Of a stretch of DNA of 36,677 nucleotides, positions 11,483-23,337 are shown one piece after another. The stretch is from Mahellales bacterium (lineage in GTDB: Bacteria > Bacillota > Clostridia > DUOD01). Location of the stretch: contig JBMNSO010000003.1 of assembly GCA_050945235.1 (NCBI GenBank), positions 1 through 36,677 on the forward strand, read 5' to 3'. Made by a program: the position numbers and the translations under genes. Under the pieces are notes generated by a model. That model made no database searches. It was not told where the DNA came from and saw only the letters and a list, made by a program, of their open reading frames with translations. Numbering within the stretch: position 1 is the first letter of the stretch; each line of letters starts with the position of its first letter.

Positions 11483-11520
11483 GAGGAAATCGGGAAACAT
11501 CCCTACCTCCTGATTTCCTC
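11483..11520 (+). terminator. Stem-loop after rpoC (terminator or transcript-stabilising hairpin)
   Basis: GAGGAAATCGGGA ... TCCTGATTTCCTC 13-bp stem; U tract weak. Confidence 0.55.
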
Positions 11521-11529
11521 TAAACATTA

Positions 11530-11558
11530 TTGACATAGTTTTTGTATGGTGATAAAAT
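11530..11558 (+). promoter_or_regulatory. SigA-type promoter for the str operon
   Basis: TTGACA-N17-TAAAAT with extended -10 TG. Confidence 0.8.
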
Positions 11559-11603
11559 ACTTTAGTGTGCAATTAACTACCTATGAAGGATGGGGGGTTG
11601 GAA

Positions 11604-11849
11604 ATGCTAAAGGAAATAATAAAATCATCTAACAGGGTAGTAGGTACAAAGCAGGTGATAAAGGCTGTTGAAAATGGAAAGGCCAAAATGGTCATTATTG
11701 CCAGGGATGCAGATGATTTTATTATTAAAAAGATAAAGGCTGCAACCGATGCACATTCGGTAGATGTTGAATATGTAGATACGATGGAAGAATTAGGTGC
11801 CATGTGCGGGATTCAGGTAGGGGCCGCATCGGCGGTTATCCTGAAATAG
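11604..11849 (+). CDS. L7Ae/YbxF-family kink-turn RNA-binding protein
   Basis: VVGTKQVIKAV...VIIARDAD...MEELGAMCGIQVGAASA; canonical position before rpsL in Firmicutes. Confidence 0.92.
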   Translation: MLKEIIKSSNRVVGTKQVIKAVENGKAKMVIIARDADDFIIKKIKAATDAHSVDVEYVDTMEELGAMCGIQVGAASAVILK

Positions 11850-11923
11850 GCCGCTATTATGTAAAAACCCATTCGTTATTGTATCTTTGGTATAGCTTAC
11901 GGCATTAGGAAGGAGGTGTAGGG

Positions 11924-12298
11924 ATGCCAACAATAAGTCAACTGATAAGGAAAGGTAGAAAACAAGTAATACAAAAATCCGATTCTCCCGCATTAAAGGA
12001 ATGTCCACAGAAAAGAGGAGTTTGTACAGCCGTTAAAACTACCACCCCAAAGAAACCAAACTCTGCCTTGAGGAAAATAGCCAGGGTTAGATTGACTAAT
12101 GGTATGGAAGTTACAGCATATATACCAGGTATAGGTCACAATTTACAGGAACACTCGGTGGTTCTGATCAGAGGTGGAAGGGTTAAGGACCTGCCAGGTG
12201 TTAGGTACCATATAGTTAGGGGAGCCTTGGATACCGGTGGAGTTGCCGATAGAAAACAGGCAAGGTCTAAATACGGTGCTAAAAGGCCAAAGAAGTAG
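11924..12298 (+). CDS. rpsL: 30S ribosomal protein S12
   Basis: [23 protein letters not shown]; short form without the Bacilli insertion. Confidence 0.99.
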   Translation: MPTISQLIRKGRKQVIQKSDSPALKECPQKRGVCTAVKTTTPKKPNSALRKIARVRLTNGMEVTAYIPGIGHNLQEHSVVLIRGGRVKDLPGVRYHIVRGALDTGGVADRKQARSKYGAKRPKK

Positions 12299-12333
12299 AA
12301 TAATTGAGATATCCATGTGAGACTGTCAAATAA

Positions 12334-12816
<483 letters not shown>

Positions 12817-12882
12817 TATCTAATTCTTGTTTTCAATACTGAATTTGAGAACTTATTAATTTGTTTGAAAGGAGGAGTATTG

Positions 12883-14949
12883 GTGCCTAGGCAATTTCCC
12901 ATTGAAAAAACTCGCAACATTGGAATAATGGCTCATATAGATGCCGGGAAGACAACCACTACCGAACGTATATTGTTCTACGCAGGCAGGATTCACAAAT
13001 TAGGAGAGACCCATGAAGGCTCAGCTACAATGGACTGGATGCAGCAGGAACAGGAACGTGGCATTACTATTACTTCTGCCGCTACAACAGCTCAATGGAA
13101 TGGCCACAGGATTAATATTATAGACACGCCAGGGCACGTTGATTTCACGGTTGAAGTAGAACGCTCCCTTCGAGTTCTCGATGGTTCAGTAGCAGTATTT
13201 TGCGCTAAAGGCGGAGTTGAGCCTCAGTCAGAAACCGTCTGGAGACAGGCGGATAAGTATGGTGTACCCCGATTGGCATTTATTAATAAGATGGACATAA
13301 TAGGTGCCGATTTCTTTAATGTTGTAAACATGCTTAGAGACAGGTTAAAGGCTAATGCCGTTCCTATACAGCTGCCCATAGGCAGTGAAGAAAGCTTTAA
13401 GGGTATTATTAATCTAATTACCAATAAAGCTAGAATATACGAAGACGACTTAGGAACTTGCAGTATTGAAACTGAAATTCCTGAAGATATGAAGGAATTA
13501 GCTGAAGAATACCGAACAAAATTGATTGAAACTGTTGCTGAACAAGACGACGAACTGATGATGAAATACCTGGAAGGGCAGCCCCTTACTGAAGAGGAGA
13601 TAATATCTGCTCTGAGAAAGGCTACCATAGCGGTTAAGGTCATACCAGTACTATGCGGAACCGCATACAAGAATAAGGGTGTGCAGCCGCTGTTGGATGC
13701 CATAGTGGATTTTATGCCATCGCCCTTGGATGTCCCCCATATTAGGGGCATAATACCCGATACCGAAGAAGAAGATGAAAGGGTATCCAGTGACGATGAA
13801 GCCTTTTCTGCACTGGCCTTTAAAATAATGACAGATCCTTATGTGGGCAGGCTTGCTTTCATAAGGGTATATTCGGGGGTATTAAAAACAGGTTCTTATG
13901 TTTATAATTCCACCAAGGACAAAAGGGAAAGAATAGGAAGGCTTCTTCAGATGCATGCCAACCACAGGCAAGAGATACAAGAGGTATACAGCGGTGATAT
14001 AGCAGCCGTAGTCGGCCTTAAGAATACCGCCACCGGCGATACCCTGTGTGATGATAGCAAACCTATAATCCTGGAGTCCATGGAATTTCCCGAACCGGTA
14101 ATATCGGTGGCAATAGAACCAAAAACAAAGGCCGGCCAGGAGAAGATGGGCATTGCCCTTGCCAAGCTCTCGGAGGAAGACCCCACCTTTAAGACCTATA
14201 CCGACCAGGAAACAGGTCAGACAATAATTTCAGGTATGGGCGAGTTACATCTGGAAATAATAGTTGATAGGATGCTCAGGGAATTTAATGTAGAAGCCAA
14301 TGTCGGCAAGCAGCAGGTGGCCTATAAGGAAACCATACGCAAGCCGGTCAAGGCCGAAGGAAAGTTTGTACGCCAATCCGGCGGCAGGGGCCAGTACGGC
14401 CATGTTTGGCTGGAAGTGGAGCCTGCTGAGCCTGGGACGGGATACGAATTCGAGGACAGGATTGTGGGAGGGGTTATACCCAAAGAATATATCCCAGCTG
14501 TGGATGCCGGTATAAGGGAAGCCATGGAGAATGGTGTGCTGGGCGGCTACAAGGTGATAGACGTAAGGGTGAAGCTGGTGGATGGATCATATCATGAAGT
14601 GGATTCCTCTGAAATGGCCTTTAAAATAGCGGGTTCGATAGGGTTTAAGGAAGCTATGAAAAAGGCAAACCCTGTACTGTTGGAACCGGTTATGAAAGTA
14701 GAAGTGGTGGTGCCCGAGGAATACATGGGCGATGTTATGGGCGATATAAATTCCCGAAGGGGCAGAATAGAAGGAATGGAAATAAGGGCGGGAGCCCAGG
14801 TTATAAGAGGATTTGTACCCCTAGCCGAGATGTTCGGATATGCTACTGATTTGCGTTCAAAAACCCAGGGTAGGGGCACATATACCATGCAGTTCTCCCA
14901 TTATGAAGAAGTACCCAAGGGTATTACTGAAAAAATAATAATAAAATAG
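12883..14949 (+). CDS. fusA: Elongation factor G
   Basis: [23 protein letters not shown]; GTG 12883 seven nt after GGAGG. Confidence 0.99.
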   Translation: MPRQFPIEKTRNIGIMAHIDAGKTTTTERILFYAGRIHKLGETHEGSATMDWMQQEQERGITITSAATTAQWNGHRINIIDTPGHVDFTVEVERSLRVLDGSVAVFCAKGGVEPQSETVWRQADKYGVPRLAFINKMDIIGADFFNVVNMLRDRLKANAVPIQLPIGSEESFKGIINLITNKARIYEDDLGTCSIETEIPEDMKELAEEYRTKLIETVAEQDDELMMKYLEGQPLTEEEIISALRKATIAVKVIPVLCGTAYKNKGVQPLLDAIVDFMPSPLDVPHIRGIIPDTEEEDERVSSDDEAFSALAFKIMTDPYVGRLAFIRVYSGVLKTGSYVYNSTKDKRERIGRLLQMHANHRQEIQEVYSGDIAAVVGLKNTATGDTLCDDSKPIILESMEFPEPVISVAIEPKTKAGQEKMGIALAKLSEEDPTFKTYTDQETGQTIISGMGELHLEIIVDRMLREFNVEANVGKQQVAYKETIRKPVKAEGKFVRQSGGRGQYGHVWLEVEPAEPGTGYEFEDRIVGGVIPKEYIPAVDAGIREAMENGVLGGYKVIDVRVKLVDGSYHEVDSSEMAFKIAGSIGFKEAMKKANPVLLEPVMKVEVVVPEEYMGDVMGDINSRRGRIEGMEIRAGAQVIRGFVPLAEMFGYATDLRSKTQGRGTYTMQFSHYEEVPKGITEKIIIK

Positions 14950-14981
14950 TAAAAATTATTATTAAGGAGGATATAAATAAA

Positions 14982-16184
14982 ATGGCAAAGGCAAAATACG
15001 AAAGGACGAAACCCCACGTAAACATAGGTACAATAGGGCACGTTGACCATGGTAAGACGACATTGACAGCAGCGATAACGACGATACTAGCGAAGGCAGG
15101 ACGGGCAAATGCCACGAAATATGACGAAATAGACAAGGCACCGGAAGAAAAGGAAAGGGGCATAACGATAAACACATCCCACGTGGAATACGAGACAGAA
15201 ACAAGGCACTATGCCCATGTTGACTGTCCGGGCCATGCCGACTATGTAAAGAACATGATAACCGGTGCAGCCCAGATGGACGGTTCCATCCTGGTGGTAT
15301 CGGCAGCCGACGGTCCCATGCCCCAGACCAGGGAGCATATACTGCTGGCCAGGCAGGTAGGGGTACCGTATATAATAGTATTCTTAAACAAGACAGACAT
15401 GGTAGATGACCCTGAGCTATTGGAATTGGTAGAAATGGAAGTCAGGGAACTGCTAAGTGAATATGAATTCCCCGGGGATGAAATACCCATAATAGCGGGT
15501 TCTGCACTAAAGGCCTTAGAATGTGGTTGTGGTGCACAAGACTGTGAACACTGCTCCAGTATCCACAAATTGATGGAAGCGGTAGACAGCTATATACCGA
15601 CTCCTGAACGAGAAACCGACAAACCTTTCTTGATGCCTGTGGAAGACGTTTTCTCGATAACCGGCCGTGGTACAGTGGCAACAGGTAGGGTAGAAAGGGG
15701 TACAATAAAGGTATCCGACGAAGTGGAAATAGTGGGAATGACCGATGAGACCCGCAAGGTAGTAGTAACCGGTGTTGAAATGTTCAGGAAACTATTGGAT
15801 CAGGCAGAAGCTGGTGATAATATAGGGGTACTGCTAAGGGGCGTACAAAGGAACGAAATAGAAAGGGGCCAGGTACTGGCTAAACCGGGCAGCATAAAAC
15901 CCCACACCCATTTTGAAGCCCAGGTATACGTACTGACGAAAGAAGAAGGTGGAAGGCATACACCTTTCTTCCAGGGATACAGGCCACAGTTTTACTTTAG
16001 GACAACGGACGTTACCGGTGTAATCGAGCTGCCGGAAGGCGTAGAGATGGTAATGCCCGGAGATAACATTACCATGACCATTAAGCTGATAACCCCCATA
16101 GCGATAGAAGAAGGATTAAGGTTCGCTATCAGGGAAGGCGGACGAACCGTTGGCGCAGGTGCTGTATCTAAAATAATCGAATAG
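14982..16184 (+). CDS. tuf: Elongation factor Tu
   Basis: [21 protein letters not shown]; 400 aa. Confidence 0.99.
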   Translation: MAKAKYERTKPHVNIGTIGHVDHGKTTLTAAITTILAKAGRANATKYDEIDKAPEEKERGITINTSHVEYETETRHYAHVDCPGHADYVKNMITGAAQMDGSILVVSAADGPMPQTREHILLARQVGVPYIIVFLNKTDMVDDPELLELVEMEVRELLSEYEFPGDEIPIIAGSALKALECGCGAQDCEHCSSIHKLMEAVDSYIPTPERETDKPFLMPVEDVFSITGRGTVATGRVERGTIKVSDEVEIVGMTDETRKVVVTGVEMFRKLLDQAEAGDNIGVLLRGVQRNEIERGQVLAKPGSIKPHTHFEAQVYVLTKEEGGRHTPFFQGYRPQFYFRTTDVTGVIELPEGVEMVMPGDNITMTIKLITPIAIEEGLRFAIREGGRTVGAGAVSKIIE

Positions 16185-16207
16185 TATAGATCAAAAGGCT
16201 AAATTAT

Positions 16208-16250
16208 AAGACATGAAGAAGTAGGACCGGGTCCTCACTTCTTTTGTCTT
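16208..16250 (+). terminator. Intrinsic terminator after tuf
   Basis: AAGAAGT-AGGAC-cgg-GTCCT-c-ACTTCTT followed by a U-rich run. Confidence 0.75.
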
Positions 16251-16275
16251 GTATTTATACTATAAAATAAATGTA

Positions 16276-16304
16276 TTGATTTTACATTTGATTTATTATA
16301 AAAT
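16276..16304 (+). promoter_or_regulatory. Probable SigA-type promoter for the S10 operon
   Basis: TTGATT-N17-TAAAAT in AT-rich context. Confidence 0.6.
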
Positions 16305-16324
16305 AAAATAGTTGTGATATTTGA

Positions 16325-16400
16325 CATGGGATGATGTAAAAGGTTGCCGGCATGGCCGGGTAATTTTTACTGACAATGTCCGTTAATAATCGGGCGACGG
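16325..16400 (+). ncRNA. Structured rpsJ (S10 operon) leader candidate
   Basis: GTAAAAGGTTGCC...GGTAATTTTTAC stem and TGTCCG/CGGGCG stem; resembles Firmicute rpsJ leaders from memory, not model-verified. Confidence 0.6.
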
Positions 16401-16542
16401 GTAAGCTGTACGAATTTTAAAAAAAATAAGGCACACACGGGTAAGTGTACAGTAAGCCAATGTCGTACGTTTCAGGAAATTAGGTTTTATCTTGCCCTGC
16501 AAGAGGGATCTATTTACGTGCGATAATTAAGGAGGGAATTTA

Positions 16543-16851
16543 ATGTCAAGCCAAAAGATCAGAATTAAGTTAAAGGCTTATGACCACAGTGTTTTAGACC
16601 AGTCGGCAGAAAAGATAGTAGATACTGCCAAAAGGACGGGGGCCAAGGTATCGGGACCGATACCGCTGCCTACTGAAAAGAATGTAATTACCATACTAAG
16701 AGCTCCCCACAAATACAAGGACTCTAGGGAACAATTTGAGATGCGTACCCATAAAAGACTAATAGATATACTGGTTCCTACCCCTAAAACAGTGGATGCT
16801 TTAATGCGGTTGGATTTGCCGGCAGGGGTGGATATAGAGATTAAACTATAG
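16543..16851 (+). CDS. rpsJ: 30S ribosomal protein S10
   Basis: [30 protein letters not shown]. Confidence 0.99.
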   Translation: MSSQKIRIKLKAYDHSVLDQSAEKIVDTAKRTGAKVSGPIPLPTEKNVITILRAPHKYKDSREQFEMRTHKRLIDILVPTPKTVDALMRLDLPAGVDIEIKL

Positions 16852-16904
16852 GTTTAAAAGGTTAACCGACAGTTGCTTTGAAACAAGTTAGGGAGGTGGC
16901 AGCT

Positions 16905-17540
16905 ATGAAAAAGGGAATAATAGGTAAGAAAGTTGGGATGACCCAGGTTTTTACGGAAGCAGGTGAAGTAATACCTGTTACTGTTATACAGGCCGGTCCT
17001 TGTTTTGTAGTGCAGAAAAAGACTATGGAAAAGGACGGTTATAATGCGGTTCAGATAGGTTTTGACGATAAGAGGGAAAAATTGGTAAACAAACCTTTGA
17101 AGGGTCACTTTGACAAGGCCAATGTTGCTTACAAGCGGTTTTTAAAGGAATTCAAGTTTGATAACATCGACGACTATGAAGTAGGGCAACAGATAAATGT
17201 TGATGTATTTGAGATCGGAGACAGGGTAGATGTCAGTGGGATTTCCAAGGGCAAAGGTTATGCAGGTGTAATCAAAAGATGGAATCAACATAGGGGACCT
17301 GTGACCCACGGCTCCAGGTACCACCGAGGCCCGGGATCATTGAGTGCGGGTTCCAGCCCATCAAGGGTGTTCAAAACCAAAAGACTACCGGGGCACCTGG
17401 GTGGAGAAAATGTAGTAATAAAAAATCTTGAAGTAATTAAAGTATACCCTGAAAAAAATCTCTTGCTGGTTAAAGGTGGAATACCCGGCCCAAGGGGAAG
17501 TAAAGTAATAGTCAAAGATACGGTAAAAAATAAAAAGTAA
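16905..17540 (+). CDS. rplC: 50S ribosomal protein L3
   Basis: [19 protein letters not shown]; ATG 16905 after GGAGGTG. Confidence 0.99.
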   Translation: MKKGIIGKKVGMTQVFTEAGEVIPVTVIQAGPCFVVQKKTMEKDGYNAVQIGFDDKREKLVNKPLKGHFDKANVAYKRFLKEFKFDNIDDYEVGQQINVDVFEIGDRVDVSGISKGKGYAGVIKRWNQHRGPVTHGSRYHRGPGSLSAGSSPSRVFKTKRLPGHLGGENVVIKNLEVIKVYPEKNLLLVKGGIPGPRGSKVIVKDTVKNKK

Positions 17541-17571
17541 AGTTATTTTACGGCAGAAGGGAGGAATGGCT

Positions 17572-18195
17572 ATGCCTAAGGTAGCTGTTTATAACATAGA
17601 AGGAAAGCAGGTTGGAGATATAGAATTAAAGGATGATATCTTCGGAGTGAAGGTCAATGAGGCGGCCGTACACCAGGTTATCAAAATGCAGTTGGCCAAT
17701 AAACGGCAGGGTACCCAATCCGCTAAAACAAGGAGTGAAGTTAGCGGCGGGGGCAGAAAACCCTGGCGACAAAAGGGTACCGGCAGGGCACGCCACGGGT
17801 CCATAAGATCACCCCTATGGACAAAGGGTGGAGTAATCTTTGCACCAAAACCAAGGGACTATAGTTTTACCGTGCCTAAAAAAATAAAAAGGTTGGCCCT
17901 TAAAAGCGCTTTGAGCTCAAAGGTACAGGATAATGACCTTATAGTGGTTGATGAGTTAAAACTTGATCAGCCCAAGACCAAGGAAATGGTTAAGGTGCTG
18001 GAAAATCTTAAGGCCACTGGAAAGGCCTTGGTGGTATTGGATGAAAGGGACGAAACGGTGAGAAGGGCGGCCGGAAACATACCCGGTTTAAAGCTGATAT
18101 ATACCAATACACTGAATGTGTATGACATCGTGAATTGCCAGAAATTCATTATCACAAAAGATGCTGTTCAAAAGGTAGAGGAGGTGTACGTATAA
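17572..18195 (+). CDS. rplD: 50S ribosomal protein L4
   Basis: [15 protein letters not shown]. Confidence 0.99.
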   Translation: MPKVAVYNIEGKQVGDIELKDDIFGVKVNEAAVHQVIKMQLANKRQGTQSAKTRSEVSGGGRKPWRQKGTGRARHGSIRSPLWTKGGVIFAPKPRDYSFTVPKKIKRLALKSALSSKVQDNDLIVVDELKLDQPKTKEMVKVLENLKATGKALVVLDERDETVRRAAGNIPGLKLIYTNTLNVYDIVNCQKFIITKDAVQKVEEVYV

Positions 18196-18485
18196 TGCGG
18201 GATCCTCATGATGTAATTATAAGGCCGGTTTTGACAGAAAAAAGCTACGACCAAATCGCAGACAGAAAGTATACCTTTATTGTAGATATAAACTCCAACA
18301 AGACTGAGATAAAAAACGCAGTGGAAAAAATATTCGGTGTAAAAGTGGAGTCAGTTAATACATTAAGACAAACCGGAAAACTAAAGCGTATGGGAGCCCA
18401 TATCGGGAGAAGGCCTGAGCGAAAGAAGGCCATTGTAAAATTAGTTGAGGGCAGCAAGCCCATAGAATTCTTTGAAGGACTATAG
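18195..18485 (+). CDS. rplW: 50S ribosomal protein L23
   Basis: [19 protein letters not shown]; TAATG overlap with rplD stop. Confidence 0.98.
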   Translation: MRDPHDVIIRPVLTEKSYDQIADRKYTFIVDINSNKTEIKNAVEKIFGVKVESVNTLRQTGKLKRMGAHIGRRPERKKAIVKLVEGSKPIEFFEGL

Positions 18486-18533
18486 AATACTAAAATAGGG
18501 TAGCTGTTATAGTATTTATAAGGAGGGACAGAA

Positions 18534-19367
18534 ATGGCAGTCAAAAAATATAAACCCACTTCTCCTGCAAGGAGATTTATGACTGTTCCGGATTTTTCCG
18601 AGCTTACAAAAAAAGAACCAGAAAAATCCCTGGTTACTACCCTGGGTAATGCCGGCGGACGAAACGTAAACGGTAGGATAACAGTGCGCCATAGAGGCGG
18701 TGGTAATAAGAGAAAATATAGGATAATAGATTTTAAAAGGGATAAGGACGGTATCCCGGCAAAGGTAGCGTCTCTGGAATATGATCCCAATAGAACAGCT
18801 AACATCGCATTGCTAAACTATGCAGACGGTGAAAAACGGTATATAATAGCACCACTGGGATTGAAGGTGGGCGATGTAGTAGAGTCGGGACCATCCGCTG
18901 ATATAAAAATCGGTAATGCCCTGCCTTTGAAAAATATACCCGAAGGTACCGAAATTCACAATATTGAGTTGTATGCCGGTAGGGGAGGACAATTGGTCAG
19001 GTCTGCCGGAAATTCTGCACAATTGATGGCGAAGGAAGGCAAATATGCCCAGATTAAGCTTCCATCCGGTGAAGTAAGAATGGTTAGGATTGAATGCAGG
19101 GCTACCATCGGTCAAGTGGGCAATATTGAAAACGAAATAGTTTCCGTAGGCAAGGCCGGAAGAAAACGTCATATGGGTATTAGGCCAACGGTGAGGGGTT
19201 CGGTAATGAATCCGAACGACCATCCCCATGGCGGTGGCGAGGGCAGGTCGCCTATAGGCAGAAAGAGCCCGGTTACACCCTGGGGTAAGCCCACGCTGGG
19301 ATATAAAACCAGGAAGAAAAACAAGGCATCCGATAAGTTTATTATCAAGAGCAGACACAAGAAATAA
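18534..19367 (+). CDS. rplB: 50S ribosomal protein L2
   Basis: [19 protein letters not shown]. Confidence 0.99.
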   Translation: MAVKKYKPTSPARRFMTVPDFSELTKKEPEKSLVTTLGNAGGRNVNGRITVRHRGGGNKRKYRIIDFKRDKDGIPAKVASLEYDPNRTANIALLNYADGEKRYIIAPLGLKVGDVVESGPSADIKIGNALPLKNIPEGTEIHNIELYAGRGGQLVRSAGNSAQLMAKEGKYAQIKLPSGEVRMVRIECRATIGQVGNIENEIVSVGKAGRKRHMGIRPTVRGSVMNPNDHPHGGGEGRSPIGRKSPVTPWGKPTLGYKTRKKNKASDKFIIKSRHKK

Positions 19368-19416
19368 TTGGGCGATCTTAATTTTTAATAATACAGGCGA
19401 AGGGAGGCTGTCATAT

Positions 19417-19701
19417 ATGAGCAGATCGGTAAAAAAGGGACCGTATGTTGAGCCCAGCTTGATGAAGAAGATAGAAGAAATGAACGAGTCCGGACAAAAA
19501 AAGGTAATAAAGACATGGTCCAGGCGATCGACAATATTTCCTGAAATGGTAGGTCATACACTGGCTGTACATGACGGACGAAAGCATGTACCTGTTTATA
19601 TAACTGAAGATATGGTAGGGCATAAACTTGGTGAATTTGCGCCAACTAGGACTTTTAGGGGACACGGTGCCCATACCGAACGTTCCACAGCACTCAAGTA
19701 G
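19417..19701 (+). CDS. rpsS: 30S ribosomal protein S19
   Basis: [20 protein letters not shown]. Confidence 0.99.
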   Translation: MSRSVKKGPYVEPSLMKKIEEMNESGQKKVIKTWSRRSTIFPEMVGHTLAVHDGRKHVPVYITEDMVGHKLGEFAPTRTFRGHGAHTERSTALK

Positions 19702-19722
19702 TTTGGGAAGGAGGAAAGAATT

Positions 19723-20109
19723 GTGGCTACAAGACAAAGGGAAAAGGCACTTAAAAGAAACGAGCAGAAGGACAAACGGCCGAAGGCTATTGCCCGCTAT
19801 GTAAGAATCTCATCCCGAAAGGTTAAGATAGTTATAGATTTAATAAGAGGCAAAAGGGTAGGTGAAGCCTTAGCCATAATAAGGAACACACCAAAGGCGG
19901 CATCGGAAGTTTTGGAAAAGGTAGTAAACTCCGCCGTTGCCAATGCACAAAACAACCTGGATATGGACCCGGAAGAATTATATATAGCTGAAGTTTACGC
20001 AAACCAGGGCCCGACTTTAAAGAGATATAGACCCAGGGCTCAGGGCAGAGCGTCTAGGATAAGGAAAAGGACCAGCCATATAACAGTAATTCTGGACAGG
20101 GTTAAATGA
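19723..20109 (+). CDS. rplV: 50S ribosomal protein L22
   Basis: [22 protein letters not shown]; basic N-terminal extension. Confidence 0.98.
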   Translation: MATRQREKALKRNEQKDKRPKAIARYVRISSRKVKIVIDLIRGKRVGEALAIIRNTPKAASEVLEKVVNSAVANAQNNLDMDPEELYIAEVYANQGPTLKRYRPRAQGRASRIRKRTSHITVILDRVK

Positions 20110-20124
20110 TAAGGAGGGATATTA

Positions 20125-20790
20125 GTGGGACAAAAGGTTCATCCGCATGGATTACGTGTTGGCGTGATTAAGGATTGGGACGCAAAGTGGTTTGCTAATG
20201 ATAAAGATTTTGCCGGCACATTGTTGGAAGATGTTAAGCTGAGAAAATATATTAAAAAAAGGTTATTTGATGCCGGTATTTCCAAAATAGAGATAGAAAG
20301 GGCAGCAAACAAGGTTAAGATTAATATATATACTGCAAAACCGGGTATTGTTATTGGTAAAGGTGGCGCAGGGGTAGACAGTCTTAAGAAGGACCTTGAA
20401 AAGTTAAGTGAAAAAAATGTATTAATAAACATTGTTGAGGTAAAGGTACCCGAACTAGATGCCCAACTGGTGGCTGAGAACATTGCAGCGCAACTGGAAA
20501 AACGAATATCCTTTAGGCGTGCTATGAAACAGGCGATGGGCAGGACGATGAAGGCAGGCGCCAAGGGCATAAAGACCTTATGTTCAGGCAGATTAGGTGG
20601 AGCAGAAATGGCCAGGACAGAGGGATACCACGAGGGTACTATCCCGCTGCAAACACTTAGAGCTGATATAGACTATGGATTTGCAGAGGCTCATACCACT
20701 TATGGAAGAATAGGTGTCAAGGTTTGGATATATAAAGGGGAGGTTCTTCCAAAGGCTAAAGGTAGAGTAGTTGCGGAAGGAGGAAAATAG
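20125..20790 (+). CDS. rpsC: 30S ribosomal protein S3
   Basis: [21 protein letters not shown]. Confidence 0.99.
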   Translation: MGQKVHPHGLRVGVIKDWDAKWFANDKDFAGTLLEDVKLRKYIKKRLFDAGISKIEIERAANKVKINIYTAKPGIVIGKGGAGVDSLKKDLEKLSEKNVLINIVEVKVPELDAQLVAENIAAQLEKRISFRRAMKQAMGRTMKAGAKGIKTLCSGRLGGAEMARTEGYHEGTIPLQTLRADIDYGFAEAHTTYGRIGVKVWIYKGEVLPKAKGRVVAEGGK

Positions 20791-20792
20791 AT

Positions 20793-21239
20793 ATGTTGAT
20801 GCCGAAAAGGACAAAACGACGTAGGGTGCATCGGGGTCGAATGAAGGGTGCAGCTACCAGAGGAAACGTAATAAGTTATGGCGAATATGGCCTTCAGGCA
20901 GTAGAACCTGCCTGGGTGACCAGCAATCAAATAGAATCAGCCCGTGTGGCAATGACCAGATATATAAAAAGGGGAGGCAAGGTTTGGATTAAAATATTCC
21001 CTGACAAACCAGTGACTAAGAAACCTGCTGAAACCCGTATGGGTAGCGGTAAGGGATCGCCGGAATATTGGGTAGCCGTGGTAAAACCCGGCAGGATTAT
21101 GTTTGAAATCGCCGGTGTATCGGAGGAAACAGCCAGGGAAGCATTAAGGCTTGCATCCCACAAGCTGCCGTTGAAGTGCAAGTTTGTTTCACGGGAGCAG
21201 ACGGACGGAATGGGTGGTGAAGTTAATGAAATCCAGTAA
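20793..21239 (+). CDS. rplP: 50S ribosomal protein L16
   Basis: MLMPKR, RMGSGKG. Confidence 0.99.
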   Translation: MLMPKRTKRRRVHRGRMKGAATRGNVISYGEYGLQAVEPAWVTSNQIESARVAMTRYIKRGGKVWIKIFPDKPVTKKPAETRMGSGKGSPEYWVAVVKPGRIMFEIAGVSEETAREALRLASHKLPLKCKFVSREQTDGMGGEVNEIQ

Positions 21240-21429
21240 GATCAGAGAGATGTCTAGTTTGGAATTAGAAGAAAAGTTAAGTGAACTAAAGGGTGAATTG
21301 TTTAATTTGAGATTTCAGTTAGCTACCGGGCAATTGGAGAATCCTTCAAGGATCAGGGAAGTAAAAAAGTCAATTGCACGGGTAAAGACCATCATGCGGG
21401 AAAGGGAACTTAAGTCTGCTGAGGTATAA
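21226..21429 (+). CDS. rpmC: 50S ribosomal protein L29
   Basis: [16 protein letters not shown]; ATG 21226 overlaps rplP end. Confidence 0.98.
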   Translation: MKSSKIREMSSLELEEKLSELKGELFNLRFQLATGQLENPSRIREVKKSIARVKTIMRERELKSAEV

Positions 21430-21531
21430 TGACCGGCAAGAATAACAAAGGATGACCGGACGCTGGGTAGGCGAGAACGATGATTCATAGATAGAACTTA
21501 GTCCTAATAGTATGGAAGGAGGCTGGTATTG

Positions 21532-21789
21532 ATGGTGCAAAGAGGAAATCGTAAGGTACGGATAGGTACCGTTGTTAGTGATAAAATGGATAAGACAATT
21601 GTTGTAGCAATAGAAACCCGGGTTAAGCATAAGCTGTACAAAAAGACCATAAAGAAAACGATAAAGCTAAAAGCCCATGATAAAGACAATTCTTGCCGGG
21701 TTGGCGACAGGGTCAAGGTTATGGAAACAAGACCCCTAAGCAAAGATAAAAGATGGAGACTGGTGGAAATAATTAAGAAGGCTGAATAA
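21532..21789 (+). CDS. rpsQ: 30S ribosomal protein S17
   Basis: [22 protein letters not shown]; TTG 21529 is an alternative start. Confidence 0.98.
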   Translation: MVQRGNRKVRIGTVVSDKMDKTIVVAIETRVKHKLYKKTIKKTIKLKAHDKDNSCRVGDRVKVMETRPLSKDKRWRLVEIIKKAE

Positions 21790-21817
21790 TAGCACCATGC
21801 CGGAAGGAGGGTAAACA

Positions 21818-22186
21818 ATGATACAGCAGCAATCACGACTTAAAGTAGCTGATAATACCGGAGCAAAAGAGATTATGTGCATCAGGGTATTAGGCGGTTC
21901 AAGAAGACAATTCGGCAATATAGGTGACATAATTGTTGCTTCGGTTAAAAGTGCAACGCCTGGCGGTGTTGTTAAAAAAGGTGATATCGTTAAGGCAGTT
22001 ATTGTTAGAACCAGTAAGGGAATCAGAAGAAACGATGGATCCCTGATAAAGTTTGACGAAAACGCAGCTGTTATTATAAATGACCAAAAACAACCCAGGG
22101 GTACCCGTATTTTTGGACCCGTGGCAAGGGAATTAAGGGAAAAGGATTTTATGCGTATTATTTCTTTAGCACCTGAGGTGTTATAG
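21818..22186 (+). CDS. rplN: 50S ribosomal protein L14
   Basis: [22 protein letters not shown]. Confidence 0.99.
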   Translation: MIQQQSRLKVADNTGAKEIMCIRVLGGSRRQFGNIGDIIVASVKSATPGGVVKKGDIVKAVIVRTSKGIRRNDGSLIKFDENAAVIINDQKQPRGTRIFGPVARELREKDFMRIISLAPEVL

Positions 22187-22200
22187 AGGAGGTGGCTATA

Positions 22201-22533
22201 ATGGCAATGACAAAAAACAAGGTTCATGTTAAAAAAGGTGATACCGTTGTTGTTATTTCAGGCAAAGATAAAGCTAAGAAAGGCAAGGTCCTTGAAGTAT
22301 TGCCCAAAGAAGGAAAGGTAATAGTTGAGGGTATTAATATACAAACAATGCATCAAAAACCCAGGGGCAGAAACCAACAGGGTGGCATTATTCATAAAGA
22401 AGGACCAATTTATAGCTCGAAGGTAATGTTAGTATGCAATAAGTGCGGTAAAGCTACCAGGAAAAAGATGAAGATACTGGAGGACAAAACCAGGATCAGG
22501 GTTTGCCAAAAATGTGGAGAAACTTTTAGTTGA
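22201..22533 (+). CDS. rplX: 50S ribosomal protein L24
   Basis: [17 protein letters not shown] motif; CNKC...CQKC. Confidence 0.98.
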   Translation: MAMTKNKVHVKKGDTVVVISGKDKAKKGKVLEVLPKEGKVIVEGINIQTMHQKPRGRNQQGGIIHKEGPIYSSKVMLVCNKCGKATRKKMKILEDKTRIRVCQKCGETFS

Positions 22534-22562
22534 TGAGCTTTACTGTAAGGAGGTAGATGACT

Positions 22563-23102
22563 ATGGCCAGGTTAAAAGAGAAATATATAAAGGAAATAGT
22601 ACCTGCACTTATGGAGAAATTCGGATACAAGAATGTCTTTCAAGTGCCAAAACTTGAAAAAATTGTAATTAACATGGGTGTAGGCGAAGCCAAGGATAAC
22701 CCTAAGGTATTGGAAGCGGCTGTTAATGATTTAACCCAGATTTCTGGTCAAAAACCGGTAGTTACCAAGGCAAAGAAATCCGTGGCCGCCTTTAAGGTAA
22801 GAGAGGGGATGTCCGTTGGTACCAAGGTTACCCTGCGAAGTAACAGAATGTACGAATTTGCAGACAAACTGATAAACGTTGCATTACCCAGAGTCCGCGA
22901 CTTCAGGGGTGTTTCTCCTAAGTCCTTTGACGGAAGGGGAAACTACAGCTTGGGAATAAGGGAACAATTGATTTTCCCGGAAATAAACTACGACAAGATT
23001 GATAAGATCAGGGGAATGGATATAATATTTGTTACATCTGCAAAAACTGACGAAGAGGCAAGGGAACTGTTAGCTTTGATGGGCATGCCATTTAATCAGT
23101 AA
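22563..23102 (+). CDS. rplE: 50S ribosomal protein L5
   Basis: [25 protein letters not shown]. Confidence 0.99.
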   Translation: MARLKEKYIKEIVPALMEKFGYKNVFQVPKLEKIVINMGVGEAKDNPKVLEAAVNDLTQISGQKPVVTKAKKSVAAFKVREGMSVGTKVTLRSNRMYEFADKLINVALPRVRDFRGVSPKSFDGRGNYSLGIREQLIFPEINYDKIDKIRGMDIIFVTSAKTDEEARELLALMGMPFNQ

Positions 23103-23120
23103 CACAAAGGAGGGAAAAAG

Positions 23121-23306
23121 GTGGCAAAAAAGGCTTTGGTCAATAAGCAAAAAAGAACGCCGAAATTTTCAACCAGGTCCTATAATAGATGTAAGCTGTG
23201 TGGTAGACCACATGCATATTTGCGCAAATTTGGCGTATGCCGGATATGTTTCAGGGAACTGGCATATAAGGGACAGATACCCGGTGTAAAAAAAGCCAGC
23301 TGGTAA
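23121..23306 (+). CDS. rpsN: 30S ribosomal protein S14, Zn-binding type Z (61 aa)
   Basis: RCKLCGRP...CRICFR. Confidence 0.98.
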   Translation: MAKKALVNKQKRTPKFSTRSYNRCKLCGRPHAYLRKFGVCRICFRELAYKGQIPGVKKASW

Positions 23307-23337
23307 CGCTTAAGAGTATGGAAGGAGGTAGAAACTG

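Noticed and set aside
12883-13560. More CGN Arg codons in the 5' third of fusA (about 7 of 14) than in the rest, hinting at a mosaic gene
   Set aside because: Counts too small; would need a recombination test against relatives
14300-14515. Alternative-frame + strand ORFs inside fusA (and 29799-30002 inside rpsK)
   Set aside because: Short, no clear SD, no recognisable similarity
16460-16483. 7-codon uORF MSYVSGN in the rpsJ leader
   Set aside because: No SD and expected by chance
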